This document shows, in pieces, positions 38,479 to 49,900 of a DNA stretch of 64,000 bases; within the stretch, counting starts at the first letter, position 1; each line of letters begins with the position of its first letter. The stretch covers positions 92,568,001-92,632,000 of the forward strand of contig NC_086108.1 of the NCBI RefSeq assembly GCF_963921235.1. The letters run 5' to 3'. A model generated the notes under the pieces. That model saw nothing but the letters and a program-made list of their open reading frames with translations, was not told the DNA's origin and ran no database searches. Origin of the DNA: Mobula hypostoma (taxonomy: Eukaryota). A program made the position numbers and the translations under genes.

Positions 38479-40056
38479 CATCTCCCCTGTTTCCCACTGC
38501 TTCCTGTTAGATAAAACATCCAAATGGGATAGGCCTCAGTGAAATTTAATTTCTCTCGAGAGTGCAGACAAGTTAGAGACTTGACAGTCTGCAGAATTTT
38601 CAGTGTTGGTGCAAGAGGAAGCTGTTGCCATGGTGATAAACCTATTAGTGCTCACCATTTGGCTTCCTTTGGCCTTAGGCTTCATAGATTGATTGACAGC
38701 TGATTTAGTTAATGCACTTGAGCAAGTTGTCTCACATGGCTGCTAAAGGTTTGGGCGAACAGTGACGCTTTGATCTGCAACAAAGACCATTGTTTTCCCC
38801 TTCCAGTTTCCTTCCCCCCACTCCTTCCTCCACACCTAAAGCTGATGACTCACTTTGGGGTAGGGTTTCAACAGCAGTGAAAGCTATTCATTCTTGTGCC
38901 AAACTCCAGACTCATCATATGGGACTCATGATCCAAACAGTGGAAGATGACGAGCACAAGTGGGTGTGTAGGATTATCTTTCCCAGTGGGCGCAGGACCT
39001 GAGGCAAAGTCCACACAAAGACACTGCCAGATCTCCTTGAATCAGAGGACTGTGAGAGAATGGAAAGAGATTATTCAGCCCATCGAGTCAGTGCTGACAT
39101 AACCCATTTCTTCATTATGCACACTTAGCCCAGAAAATTGTTCACCTTCAATTTCTCATCTAATTCTTTGAAAGCCTTTTCTGCCACTATAGTGAATTTC
39201 ATTTTACAACTATTCTACATACAGTGTATTTTTTAAAATCATCCTCTTTGCACCTTTTGGCCAAGATTTGAAGTCCATGATCAAGTAATGGGAAGAGATT
39301 CCCTCTGTTGATTCCTTCTGCAACAGTCAGGATTCTGTGAGTCTTTGACAATAACTCTGCAAAGTGTTACAAAATAGCAATGGCACAGAATTTGCTGTTT
39401 TGCATTTGCAGCAACAGTACAGTGTAAAGACATAAAAATTACTATAATTTGCAAAATTATTAAATACTTGCAAAAAAGAGTTAGTGTTCTTGGAACATAC
39501 AGAGAGCTGATAGCAGAGGGGAAGAAACTGTTCCTGATCGTTGAGTATGGGTCTTCAGGCTTTTGTTCCTGGTAGTAACAAAAAGAATCTTTCATTTGTG
39601 TACTGTCAGGCATTTTGCAGCCATTGAAATATCTCTGTTGTCTTTGCCTGTTGCATTATTGGATGTGTAGCAACTTCTATAAAGAGCAGAAAGGTGATGA
39701 ACAGGTGACCTTATTTCGTGAGAAGAGTTGATAGATGCTACGAAGGACACGCAACAGAACATCCCCTTTTTTCAGAGTGAGGTCATGTGATCTCCAGGAG
39801 CCACTGACGAAGAGAAAGAAGGCCTCTTTTCAAAGTCCCATTCATGAGCAGGGACATCCATCAGTGCAGGCCTCCCATAGCACTGCACTGGTGTCAGAAT
39901 CAGTTACCTGCTCTCGAGAATGGGACTGCAGCCCGGATGTTGTAGCTTCAAATTAAGGATGGTGCCCCAGATAAATAATTCATCTCAAGTTTGGGTAATG
40001 TCCCATCAGAACAAGTGGGCCAAGTCAGTCGAGTTTATGTACATGTAGGCACAGAT

Positions 40057-40374
40057 GGATGGCACTGGCACTGTGTGGGCACGTGGCCAAATGGTTAAGG
40101 CATTGGACTAGTGACCTGAAGGTCGTGAGTTCGAGCCCCAGCCGAGGCAACGAGCAAGGCACTTAATCACACATTGCTCTGCGACGACACTGGTGCCAAG
40201 CTGTATGGGTCCTAATGCCCTTCCCTTGGACAACATTGGTGTCGTGGAGAGGGGAGACTTGCAGCATGGGCAACTGCTGGTCTTCCATACAACCTTGCCC
40301 AGGCCTGCGCCCTGGAGAGTAAAGACTTTCCAGGCGCAGATCCATGGTCTCGCAAGACTAATGGATGCCTTTAA
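40057..40374 (+). mobile_element. tRNA-derived SINE with 11-bp TSD and 3' stem-loop
   Basis: A box tggccaaatgg and B box gagttcgagccc. Hairpin ctgcgccctggagagt/actttccaggcgcag. TSD taggcacagat at 40046-40056 and 40375-40385. Confidence 0.88.
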
Positions 40375-41844
40375 TAGGCACAGATTCAATGTGGCACAAT
40401 GTGAGCATGCAATGTTGACGCCAGAATGTGTGTCGACACCCAGCTCATCCTTGGGTTGTGCTGATTGTTAGTAGAAACGATGCATTTCACTGTGTGTCTC
40501 AATGTACTTGTGATAAGTAAATGAAGTTGAATCTGAAAAACTTGCATGCAGCAGCAGAATAAGCACATGGTATCACATACACAGCATTCATAAGAAGGAG
40601 GTTAACTTAAAGTTATACATAATTTTTACAAGAAGGAACAGAGCAATTTTTAAAAAATATCCATTGTAGTATCAAGTAGTTAAAGTGGCCATGGATTTGC
40701 TTTAGTGAGGTAGCAGTTAGGGTTGTGTAAGTTGGTTCAAGAGCCAAATGGCTGAAGAAAAGTCACTGTTCTTGAACCTGGTGGTTTGGGACTTCAGGGC
40801 CCTTCAGCCTGGTGATAACCGTGAGCAGATGGCAAGGCCCGGATGGTAGGGATCCTTGATGACAGAAGTAGCTTCTCCTTAAGTGGAAATGATCGTAGAG
40901 TTACACAGCATAGAAACCCCTTCAGCCCATCACAGCCATACTATCTCCTGCACTCACCTATACTAATCCCACTTACCTGAATTTGTGCGTAGCCGTTCAT
41001 CATTTTGACAATGCTTGTTATATTACTCTTTATTCTGGGGATGCAAGTTGATCAGCAGATGTCCCTTACCGTGTATGGTGCTGGATTGTCCTTGGGATTG
41101 GATTCTCCCAGCTTCCCTTGGTCTTGAAGGCCTCGGTTGGTTTAGTGGGTGGAGATATTGATCAGCCTGATGACTCGGGGGGGGGGGGGGGAGCGTTAAC
41201 TGTTTTTGAGTCTGATGGCCCTGATGTGGATGAGGTTGTGCATGATTTTCGACTAATTTGAATATGCAAAAGGTGATGCAGCAGCCAGAGAGCAGTTACC
41301 TGGTGGAATAAAACAAATTAAAGTTCACACACTTTCCTAAAATGGCTAGAAATACAAATTCTTCATTGCCAATTCTGCTTGGATATATTAAACGAGGGAT
41401 TATTGGCCAGCCCAGTCAGACAGACTATTTTCCGCAGCATGTGCTGGCTTTATAAAGTAAATGGGAAAATGGATGCCCTACCCTTGACCACCTTAATAAA
41501 TTGTTCATTCTTCTGGACTTCACTGCAACCCTAATCTGGGCTACATGTGATCAATGTTGGCAAACAGTAGAATAAGCAGATTTGCGGCAACTAACTTGAA
41601 AACTTGATTGATGGACTAAGTCACTGTCAGTGTGATGAGGAGAAAAATGCGTTCTTGATGGAAACCAAGCGTGGCAGTTTAATTTATCAGAAACTCAAGA
41701 TTCTGCAGATGCTGGAAATCCAGAATAACTCACACAAAATGCTAGAGGCACTCTGCACTTCAGGCAGCATCTGTAGAGTCGATATTTCGGGCCAAGACTC
41801 TTCAGCCCTGAGTTCCTCCAACATTTTGTGTGTGTTAATATATT

Positions 41845-44800
41845 AGGCCAGGTTATAACAACTGCGCTGTTTCAACAAAAAGCCAGGCTCAAGACGACCT
41901 GGAGACACCCCCGATCCAAACACTGGCACCTCCTGGACTACATCCTGGTGCGCCACAAGGATGTGTCGGATGTTCTACACACCAGGGTCATGCCGGGAGC
42001 AGATTGTCACACGGATCACAGACTGGTCAGGGTGAAAGTCAGACTGGTTATATAAGGAAAAGGGGACTGCGGTTGAAGAGACTCCAGGTGGATAAGCTCC
42101 TTGGCCGCCAAGATGTATTCCAGATCAAGCTAAAGGAGAAACTGAACAGCAAATGCACTGCAAGTGCAGACTCCAACACAGGAAAGAAATGGGAGCACCT
42201 AAAGACTGCCATCTGAGATGCAGCTGTCAAGGTAGTTGGGTACTCCTCAAGAAGAAACGAGGGCTGGTTTGGTGAAAATGACGTTGAACTCTGGAACCTG
42301 CTCCAGAAGAAACGCTCCTCCCATCAAGTGTTGCTGTCTATGCCCGACGGCCAAGCGGCCAAGGCAGAATACAATGCTACATGCAGCACTCTCCAAGCCA
42401 AACTGAGGCAGATGCAAGACAATTGGTGGACTGCCCTAGCAGAACGAATTCAGCACTATGCAGACACCGGCAACACTCGAGCCTTCTACGAATTGCTGCG
42501 TGCAGTGTATGATCCAACCCATCAGATTCAAGCCCCTCTACGCTCATCCGACAGCTCCAGCCTGTTGACCGTCAAGGAAGCCATCATGAGACGATGGACA
42601 GAGCACTATGAGAGCCTTTTCGGGAGCATCCATTGAAATGATGCCCCAGCATGAGATCAGGTTTAAGCTTGATGGCCCACCAACTCTGGACAAAGTCGAA
42701 GCCACTAGTTCCAAGCTGAAATGCCATAAAGCCCCAGGCATTGATGGGATCCCAGTGGAAGTGTACAAAATGGGTGGAGACATGCCGTTCACACCATGTT
42801 GGCAGAAAGGTTCAGTCCCAAATGACCTATGCGACACTGTAATTGTCTCTCTGTACAAGAGAAAGGGAGAAATCGGATTGCTCAAGCTACAGAGGTGTTA
42901 CCCTTCTGTCCGCCACCGGGAAGATCCTTGCCAGAATTCTCTTGGACAGAATCATCATTATCATTGCCGAAGGCAACGTCACAGGGAGCCAGTGTGGATT
43001 CAGGGTGAATGAGGCACACTCGACACGATCTCATCCTGCGCCAGATACAGCAGAGGTGTCATGGACTGTAAGTGACATTCATTGACCTGATCAAGGCCTT
43101 TGATACAGTCAGCTGCGATGGTCTCTGGAAGATTCTGTCGAAGCTCGGCTGTCCCCTGAAATTCCTCGCCATCCTGCAACCGCTCCATGAGGGTCAAAGC
43201 GGTCAGGTTAAACACAACAGCGACCTGCCTGACCCATTCCCCATCAGTACCGGCGTGAAACAAGGCTGTGTTTTGGCACCAACTCTCTTTGCCATCTTTT
43301 TCAGCATGATGGTACGGGAAGCGAAAGAGACCACCTTGGAGAGCATCTACATTCGACTCTGCACTGACGGAAATATCTTCAACCTCCGCTGCCTTCTCGC
43401 CAGAACAAAAACCATGCAACAGCCCAGTCTTGAGTTACCTCATGCAGACGACTGTGCTGTTCTCACGCACACAGAGGACGTGCTACAGGCTGCAGCCACT
43501 CAGTTTGCCAAGGCTGCAAGGGCTTTCGGGCGAACGGTCCGACTAAAGAAAACCATGATTCTCTGTCAGAAGCCCCCTCATGGTTTTTACAACCCACCTC
43601 GGGTAACCATTGCTGATCACCCCCTCACCCCGGTCGAGCAATTCACCTACCTGGGCAGTGTCATCTCCAGCAACGCTACAGCAATAAGGGACATTGACAT
43701 CTGACTCACCAGAGCCAGCAGCGTCTCTGGGTGCCTCCTGAAACATGCGTGGAAGATCCATCAGTTGCATCTGTCCACAAAAATCCAGGTGTTCAGGTCT
43801 GCCTTTGTCACAAGACTGCTATACATCTCCATCAGTTCAAGTACAGGTGCACATTCCTTTATCCGAAATTCTGAAATCCAAAAAGCTCCGAAAACCAAAG
43901 TTTTTTTTCGCCAACAGCTGACGTCACTCAGGTGTGACGTGGCAGCGCTAGCAGAGGCCGCCATTCCTCAGTTGTGGCTCAGCGCTCGTACTGGTTACAC
44001 GTGCATTTGCTGTTCACTGATATTTTGTGTTCACTGTTGACTTTGTGTTTACTTTCATTGTGAAAATGTCAAAAAGAGCTGCAGATACCCCTATGGGTAA
44101 CAATGAGAAAAAGAGAAGGAATCTTCTCTATCAATAACGCAGCAAGTGGAGTTACTGTAGAAGCTTGATCGTGGTGTGTCTGTGCGGCATCTTACTGAAT
44201 AGTGTCAGAACTACCACTGTATATGATTTAAGTAAACAGAAAGACAAGTTACTGAAGTTTTATAGTGACAGTGACAGTGACGAAAACCAATTTCCCCTGG
44301 GATCAATAAAGTATGACTATGACTACTTATTCCAATAAGTCATTTACCATGTGTTTGATTCGGTTCGTTTGAAGCTCTATATTTTTATGTTTTATTGAAT
44401 GTTTTTGTTGGAAATAAAATTTCTTCCTGTCATTATTCCCTAAACAATACAATGTAACAATTATTTACATAGCATTTACATTGTGTTAGGTATTATAAGT
44501 AATATAGAGATGATTTAAAGTATACGGGAGGATGTGCATAGGTTTGGTGCGCCGCTGGGTCTTAAAGTCCACCGCACTGAGATAGGTTAAATAAGGGACT
44601 TGAGCATACGTGTTTCTTGGTATCGGGGCAGGGGGGGGGGGCGGTCTGAAATCCGAAAAATTCTGAATTCCGAAATGCAACTGGCCCCCAGAGATTTCGG
44701 ATAAGGGATTGTGGACCTGTACTTCCGTCCTCACTGCCTCCGCTCCATCATGGGTATCAGCTGGCAGGATCATGTCTCCAACAACAAGATCCTGGAGAAG

Positions 44801-45270
44801 GCTCAACTTCGAAGCATTGAAGCCACTTTGCTGCTCAGGCAGCTCTGCTAGTTGGGCCATGTGTCTCGCATGGACAGCTCCAGGATACTGAAAGCAGTAC
44901 TCAATGGAGAACTCTCTCAGGGCAAGAGAGAGTACTGAGGCCTCACTTAAGAGGTACAAAGACCAACTTCAGCAGCAGCTCTCTCAGGGTAAATATCGAG
45001 GTCAACGAGTGGCAGCAGCTGGCTTGTGACAGGGACCACTGGAGAATGCTGATCCATGGAGCAGTCAAGAACTTTGAAGAATCCAGAACAGCGACTGATG
45101 AATAGAAGAGCAGATGCAGGAAGAATCCTTCTACGCAAGCGGCCACATCCCAGCAGTTCCCGTGTCCCGACCGCTCCAGAGTCTGCGGATCCAAATTGGC
45201 CTCAACAGTCATGCTGTTGCTTCAGAGGACTCTTCTTCCTTCCTGATCTTCACGAGCAAAGGACCAACTA
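41845..45270 (+). mobile_element. RTE (BovB-like) LINE, decayed, split by a Tigger element
   Basis: TTWRHPRSKHWHLLDYILVR, DCHTDHRLV, KAPGIDGIPVEVYK, FIDLIKAFDTV, GVKQGCVLAPTLF, ADDCA, FTYLGS and CLRSIMGISWQDHVSN. Confidence 0.9.
43842..44721 (+). mobile_element. Internally deleted Tigger/pogo DNA transposon with TA TSD
   Basis: TIRs caggtgcacattcctttatccgaaa and tttcggataagggattgtggacctg. Transposase N-terminus MSKRAADTPMGNNEKKRR...KLDRGVSVRHL...KQKDKLLKFYSDSD. Confidence 0.9.
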
Positions 45271-45355
45271 TCATTGTATGTGGACACTGCTCATCGAGCT
45301 GGGAAACGTGCTGTTTCATAACAATAAATTCTTGTGCCAAGAAATAGGTCAATTT

Positions 45356-46109
45356 TAAACAGGCATGGGTGGATGAACTGGGTATAGAACTGACAGAGGA
45401 GGTCTGGGATGAGTGTTTAAAAAGTATACATGATTGTTCGGTCAATGTCAGACACAGACTTATACAGTTTAAAACACTACATAGACTCCATTATTCCAAA
45501 GAAAAGTTGCACAGTTTCTACCCTGATGTTTCACCAGTTTGTAATAGATGTAAATCTGTGAACAGTAACTTGTCACATTCATTCTGGTCATGTTGTAAGC
45601 TTTATGCATACTGGAAAAGTATTTTTCACTGTTTCTCTGAGGCTTTTGGGAAGCGGTGGGAACCAGACCCGCTCATTGCCATCCTTGGAGCAGCAAGCCC
45701 CCTCTCTTCAGCCAATATGTATGAAAAAGCGGCTGTATTGTTTGGCATGGTGATTACTAAGAAGTTAATCCTGCAAATGTGGAAAATGGACTCCGACCCT
45801 ACATACGATCTGTGGCCGAGAGAACTGGCAAATACTTTACATTAGGAGACTGAGACTATGTAATGAGGACGGAGGGGACATCTTTGAAAGAATATGGGGC
45901 CCTGTATTGGACTTTCTTATGGGGTGAGGACTGAGGTTTTTTGGTGCAGTGCACCTCTGCCGTGTATGTTTTACTTTTGCCTTTATATTTTTCTCCAATG
46001 TGCTGCTCAATATTTAATTTGATTTTGTTATGGCTGTGGTTTTTGTGGATGTGCTGTTTTCTTTTTTGGTTTTTTTTGTAATAAATAAATAAAAAATAAT
46101 TTAAAAAAA
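45356..46109 (+). mobile_element. L1 LINE, 5'-truncated, with poly-A tail and 14-bp TSD
   Basis: 158-aa ORF with LIQFKTLHRLHYS and CNRCKSVNSNLSHSFWSC. TSD aaataggtcaattt at 45342-45355 and 46110-46123. Confidence 0.9.
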
Positions 46110-46954
46110 AAATAGGTCAATTTAGGTAACTAATTAAATGTCCTTTTTTTTGATAAAAAAGAAACTACTCTTGGATTTTAGCCAGTGTTTCAAGGAAGGA
46201 AGGGAGTGAACATCTGGCACATATCGATGACCTATCACAGTCTTTGGATGTCCCAAGGAGTTTTGTTGCTAGTTTCATAGCTCTGTTTCATTCAGGCTTA
46301 CATTTTGCTTGGCCACTGCTCTTCCTCAAGACCCTTTTGCAAAGTGTGCACCCCACACGCTTCAGCATTCCCTCATAACTGCACTAACCTGCCATCTCAG
46401 GTTGTGTACTTCAAATGAGGGGCAAGTTAATGGACACAGAGCAATGGCTGGCTCTTTCATAATTACTCATCTGGAACTTCCCACCCACTCTTGATTCCTT
46501 TGTTTTCTTTATTTTGATTCAGAGAATCTACCATTTGAATCACTGGTGCACAAAAAGAAATAAAAACAGAAAATACTGGAAACATTTAACAGGTCAGTCA
46601 TCATATGTAAAAAGAGAAACGGTTCAGGTCAAAGATCTGTCGTCGGATCTGAAAGATTAACTGATTTTCTTTCCACGGATACTGCCCAGCTGCTGTTTTT
46701 CCAGCTATTCCTGTTTTGTTTCAGACTTCCAATTTCTACAGTTCTTTTTACAAAAGAAAGCAATAAATTCTTCAGTGTGAAAGCTGGAATTTGAGAAGCA
46801 GGAAGCCAGTGTTCAATGCAGGTCCTTTAAAACATTAAGTTACTTTAACTAATTAGTGATCATTTGTGTATAACATAGTAATTGGTTAATTGAAGAGGTG
46901 ATGAAAGTGGGAATCCATATTCAAATAAAATAATTTTTAAAAACCTAGAATTTC

Positions 46955-48935
46955 AAGAGAAATTCTGCAGATGCTATAAATCCAAGTAATACACAAAAAT
47001 GCTGGAGGAACTCAGCAGACCAGGCAGCATCTAGGAAAAGATTGCAGTCAACGTTTTGAGCTGAGACCCTTCATTAAGACTGGAAAAAGATGAAAAATCG
47101 GATTAAGAAGGCGGGGGTGCAGAGGAAGAAACACAAGGTGATAGGTGAAACTGGGAGAGAGGGAATGGTGAAGTAAAGAGCTGGAAGTTGATTGGTGAAA
47201 GAGATACAGGGCTGGAGAAGGGGGAATCTGATAGGAGAGGAGAGAAGGCCATGGAAGAAAGAGAAGGGGGAAGAGCAACAGAGGGAGGTAATAGGCAGTT
47301 AAGGAGTTAAGGTGAGAGAGGAAAGCAGGAATGGGAATGGTGAAGGGGAAGAGGGAAAATTACCGGAAGTTCGAGAAATCAGTGTTCATGCCATCAGGTT
47401 GGAGGCTACCCAGACGGAATATAAGCTGTTGCTCCTCCACCCTGAGTGTGGCCTCATCGCGACAGTAGAGGAGGCCATGGATTGACATGTCGGAATGGGA
47501 ATGGGAAGTGGAATTTAAATGGGTGGTCACAGGAGGATCCCTCTTTTTCTTGCAGATAGAGCATAGATGCTTGGCGAAGCAGTCTCCCAATCTACATCTG
47601 GTCTCTACAGGAGACCACACTGGGAGCACTGGATACAGATGATGACCCTAACAAACTCGCAGGTGAAGTGTCCCCTCACCTGGAAGGACTGTTTGGGGCC
47701 CTGGATGGTAGTGAGGGAGGAGGTGCAGAGGCAGGTGTAGCACTTGTTCCGCTTGCAAGGATAAGTACCAGGAGGGAAATTAGTGGGGAGGGACAAATGG
47801 ACAAGGGAGCCATGAAGCGAGTGATCCCTGCGGAAGGCAGAAAGTGGAGGGGAGAGAAAGATGTTCTTGGTGGTGGGATCCCATTGGAGATGTTAGAAGT
47901 TACGGAGAATTTTGTGCTGGATGCGGAGGTTGGTGGGGTGGTAGGTGAGGGCAGACATGCAGGAAATGGAAGAGATGCAGTTGAGGGCAGCATTGATGAC
48001 GGAGGAAGGGAACCCCTTTTCTTTGAAGAAGGAGGACATCTCCTTAGTTCTGGAATGAAAAGCCTCATCCTGAGAGCAGATGTGGTGGAGATGGAGGAAT
48101 TGAGAGAAGGGGATGGCATTTGTTTACAGGTAACAGGGTGGGACGAGGAATAGTCCAGGTAGCTGTGAGAGTCAGTGGGTTTATAATAGACATCAGTAGA
48201 TGAGCTGTCTCCATAGATAGAGACAGTGAGATCGAGAAAGGGGAGGGAGGTATCGGAAATGGACCAGGTAAGTTTGAGGGCAGAATGGAAGTTGAAGGCA
48301 AAGTTGATGGAAGTCAATGAGCTCTGTATGGAGCTGTCGATGTACCATAGGAAAATGCAGTTGTCGACGTAGCATAGGAAAATGCAGTTGTCGACGTAGC
48401 ATAGGAAAAATTGGGAAGTGATACCAGTGTAGGCTTGGAACATAGACTGTTCCATGTAGCTGACGAACGGGCAGGCATAGCCGGGACCTGTGCGAGTGTC
48501 CATGACTACACCTTTTCTTTGAAAGAAGTGGGAGGAACCCAAGAAGCAATTATTGAGAGTGAGGACAAGTTCCGCCATATGGTGGAGAGTGGTGGTGGAG
48601 GGAAACTGGTTGGGTCTAGTGTCCAGAAAGAAATGGAGAGCTTTGAGGCTTTCCTGGTGGGCGATGGAGGTGTATAGGGACTGGGCATCCATGGTGAAAG
48701 TAAGATGCTCGGGGCCAGGGAACTTGAAATCATTGAAAAGATCAAGAACGTGTGAAGTGTCACAGATGTAGGTGGGAACGGACTGAACCGGGTGGATAAG
48801 TTCGGTGGGGCAAACAAGCAGAAACAATGGGTCTCCCTGGACAGGTAGGTTTGTGGATCTTGAGCAGGAGGTAGAAACTGGAGGTGCTGGGTGAGGGAAC
48901 TATGAGGTTGTCCTCCAGCATTTTGTGTGTGTTAC
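46955..48935 (-). mobile_element. Penelope-like element, longest copy (RT core plus GIY-YIG)
   Basis: TMDAQSLYTSI, LTLNN, YVDN/YIDS, LPFLDL, YYKPTDSHSYLDYSSSHP and ETRCRLGDCFAKH. Short inverted terminal-repeat piece at 48911-48935. Confidence 0.92.
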
Positions 48936-49264
48936 CTAATTATAGTGTTGCTTTAACCATTAAGGCATATTGTTCATAGTTATTGATAGGACACTTAACG
49001 TTTGGAAATTATTATTGAGACAGATAAAAACTCTAGGAACTACACACAAGAGATTCTGCAGATGCTGGAAATCCAGAGCAACAAACACAATGTTGAAGGA
49101 CATAAACAGTTCCTGATGTGGGGTCTTGGTTCGAAACGTTGACAGTTTATACCTGTCCTAAGGTGCTGCCTGACCTGCTGAGATCCTCCAGAATTTTTTC
49201 ATTTGTTGCTCCAAGAGCTAAAATTCTTTTATTAATAATAATAAAATTATAATAAATCTAATAA

Positions 49265-49900
49265 TTCCTCAGGAGTTTGCAGAGATTTGGCATGACATCT
49301 AAAACTTTGACAAACTTCTGCAGATGAGTTGTGGAGAGTATATTGACTGGCTGCACCACGGCCTCATGTGGAAACACCAATGCCTTTGAGTGGAAAACCC
49401 TGCAAAAGGTAGTGGATTTGACCCAGTACATCACAGGTAAAGCCCTCCCAACCGTTGAGCACATTGAGCTGTCATAGGAAATCAGCATTCATCATCCAGG
49501 CTATGCTCTTTTCTCGCTGCTGCCATCGGGTAGAAGGTACAAGAGCCTCAGGGCTTGCACCACCAGGTCCAAGAACAGTTACTTCCTCTCAACCATCAGG
49601 CTCTTGAACAAAAGGGATAACTGCACTCATTGCACCATCATTGAAATATTCCCACAACCAAGGATCTCACTTTTAAGGACTCTTTATCATCTCATTATTT
49701 CTTGTTCTCAATATTTATTGCTATTTATTTATATTTGCATTTGCACAGTTTGTTGTCTTCTGCACTCAAGTTGATCTTTCATTGATCCTGTTACAGTTAC
49801 AAATCTATAGATTTGCTGAGTATGCCCACAAGAAAATGAATTGTAGAGTTGTATATGGTGACATGTGTAAACTTTGATAATAAAATTTACTTTGAACTTT
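49265..49900 (+). mobile_element. Rex1/Babar 3' fragment
   Basis: ttggcatgacatctaaaactttgacaaacttc and ctgccatcgggtagaaggtac; same family as 36615-37975. Tail aataaaatttactttgaactttga. Confidence 0.8.

Noticed and set aside
41176..41191. Poly-G runs (also near 24290 and 44631)
   Set aside because: They are simple homopolymers, prone to slippage and sequencing error, with no supporting context.
41295..41325. Minus-strand polypyrimidine-CAG|GTAACT, resembling a recursive splice site
   Set aside because: The donor is weak and the transcribed strand is unknown.
48335..48409. CRISPR-like repeat
   Set aside because: It is a head-to-tail 27-bp tandem with no spacers, in a eukaryotic context.
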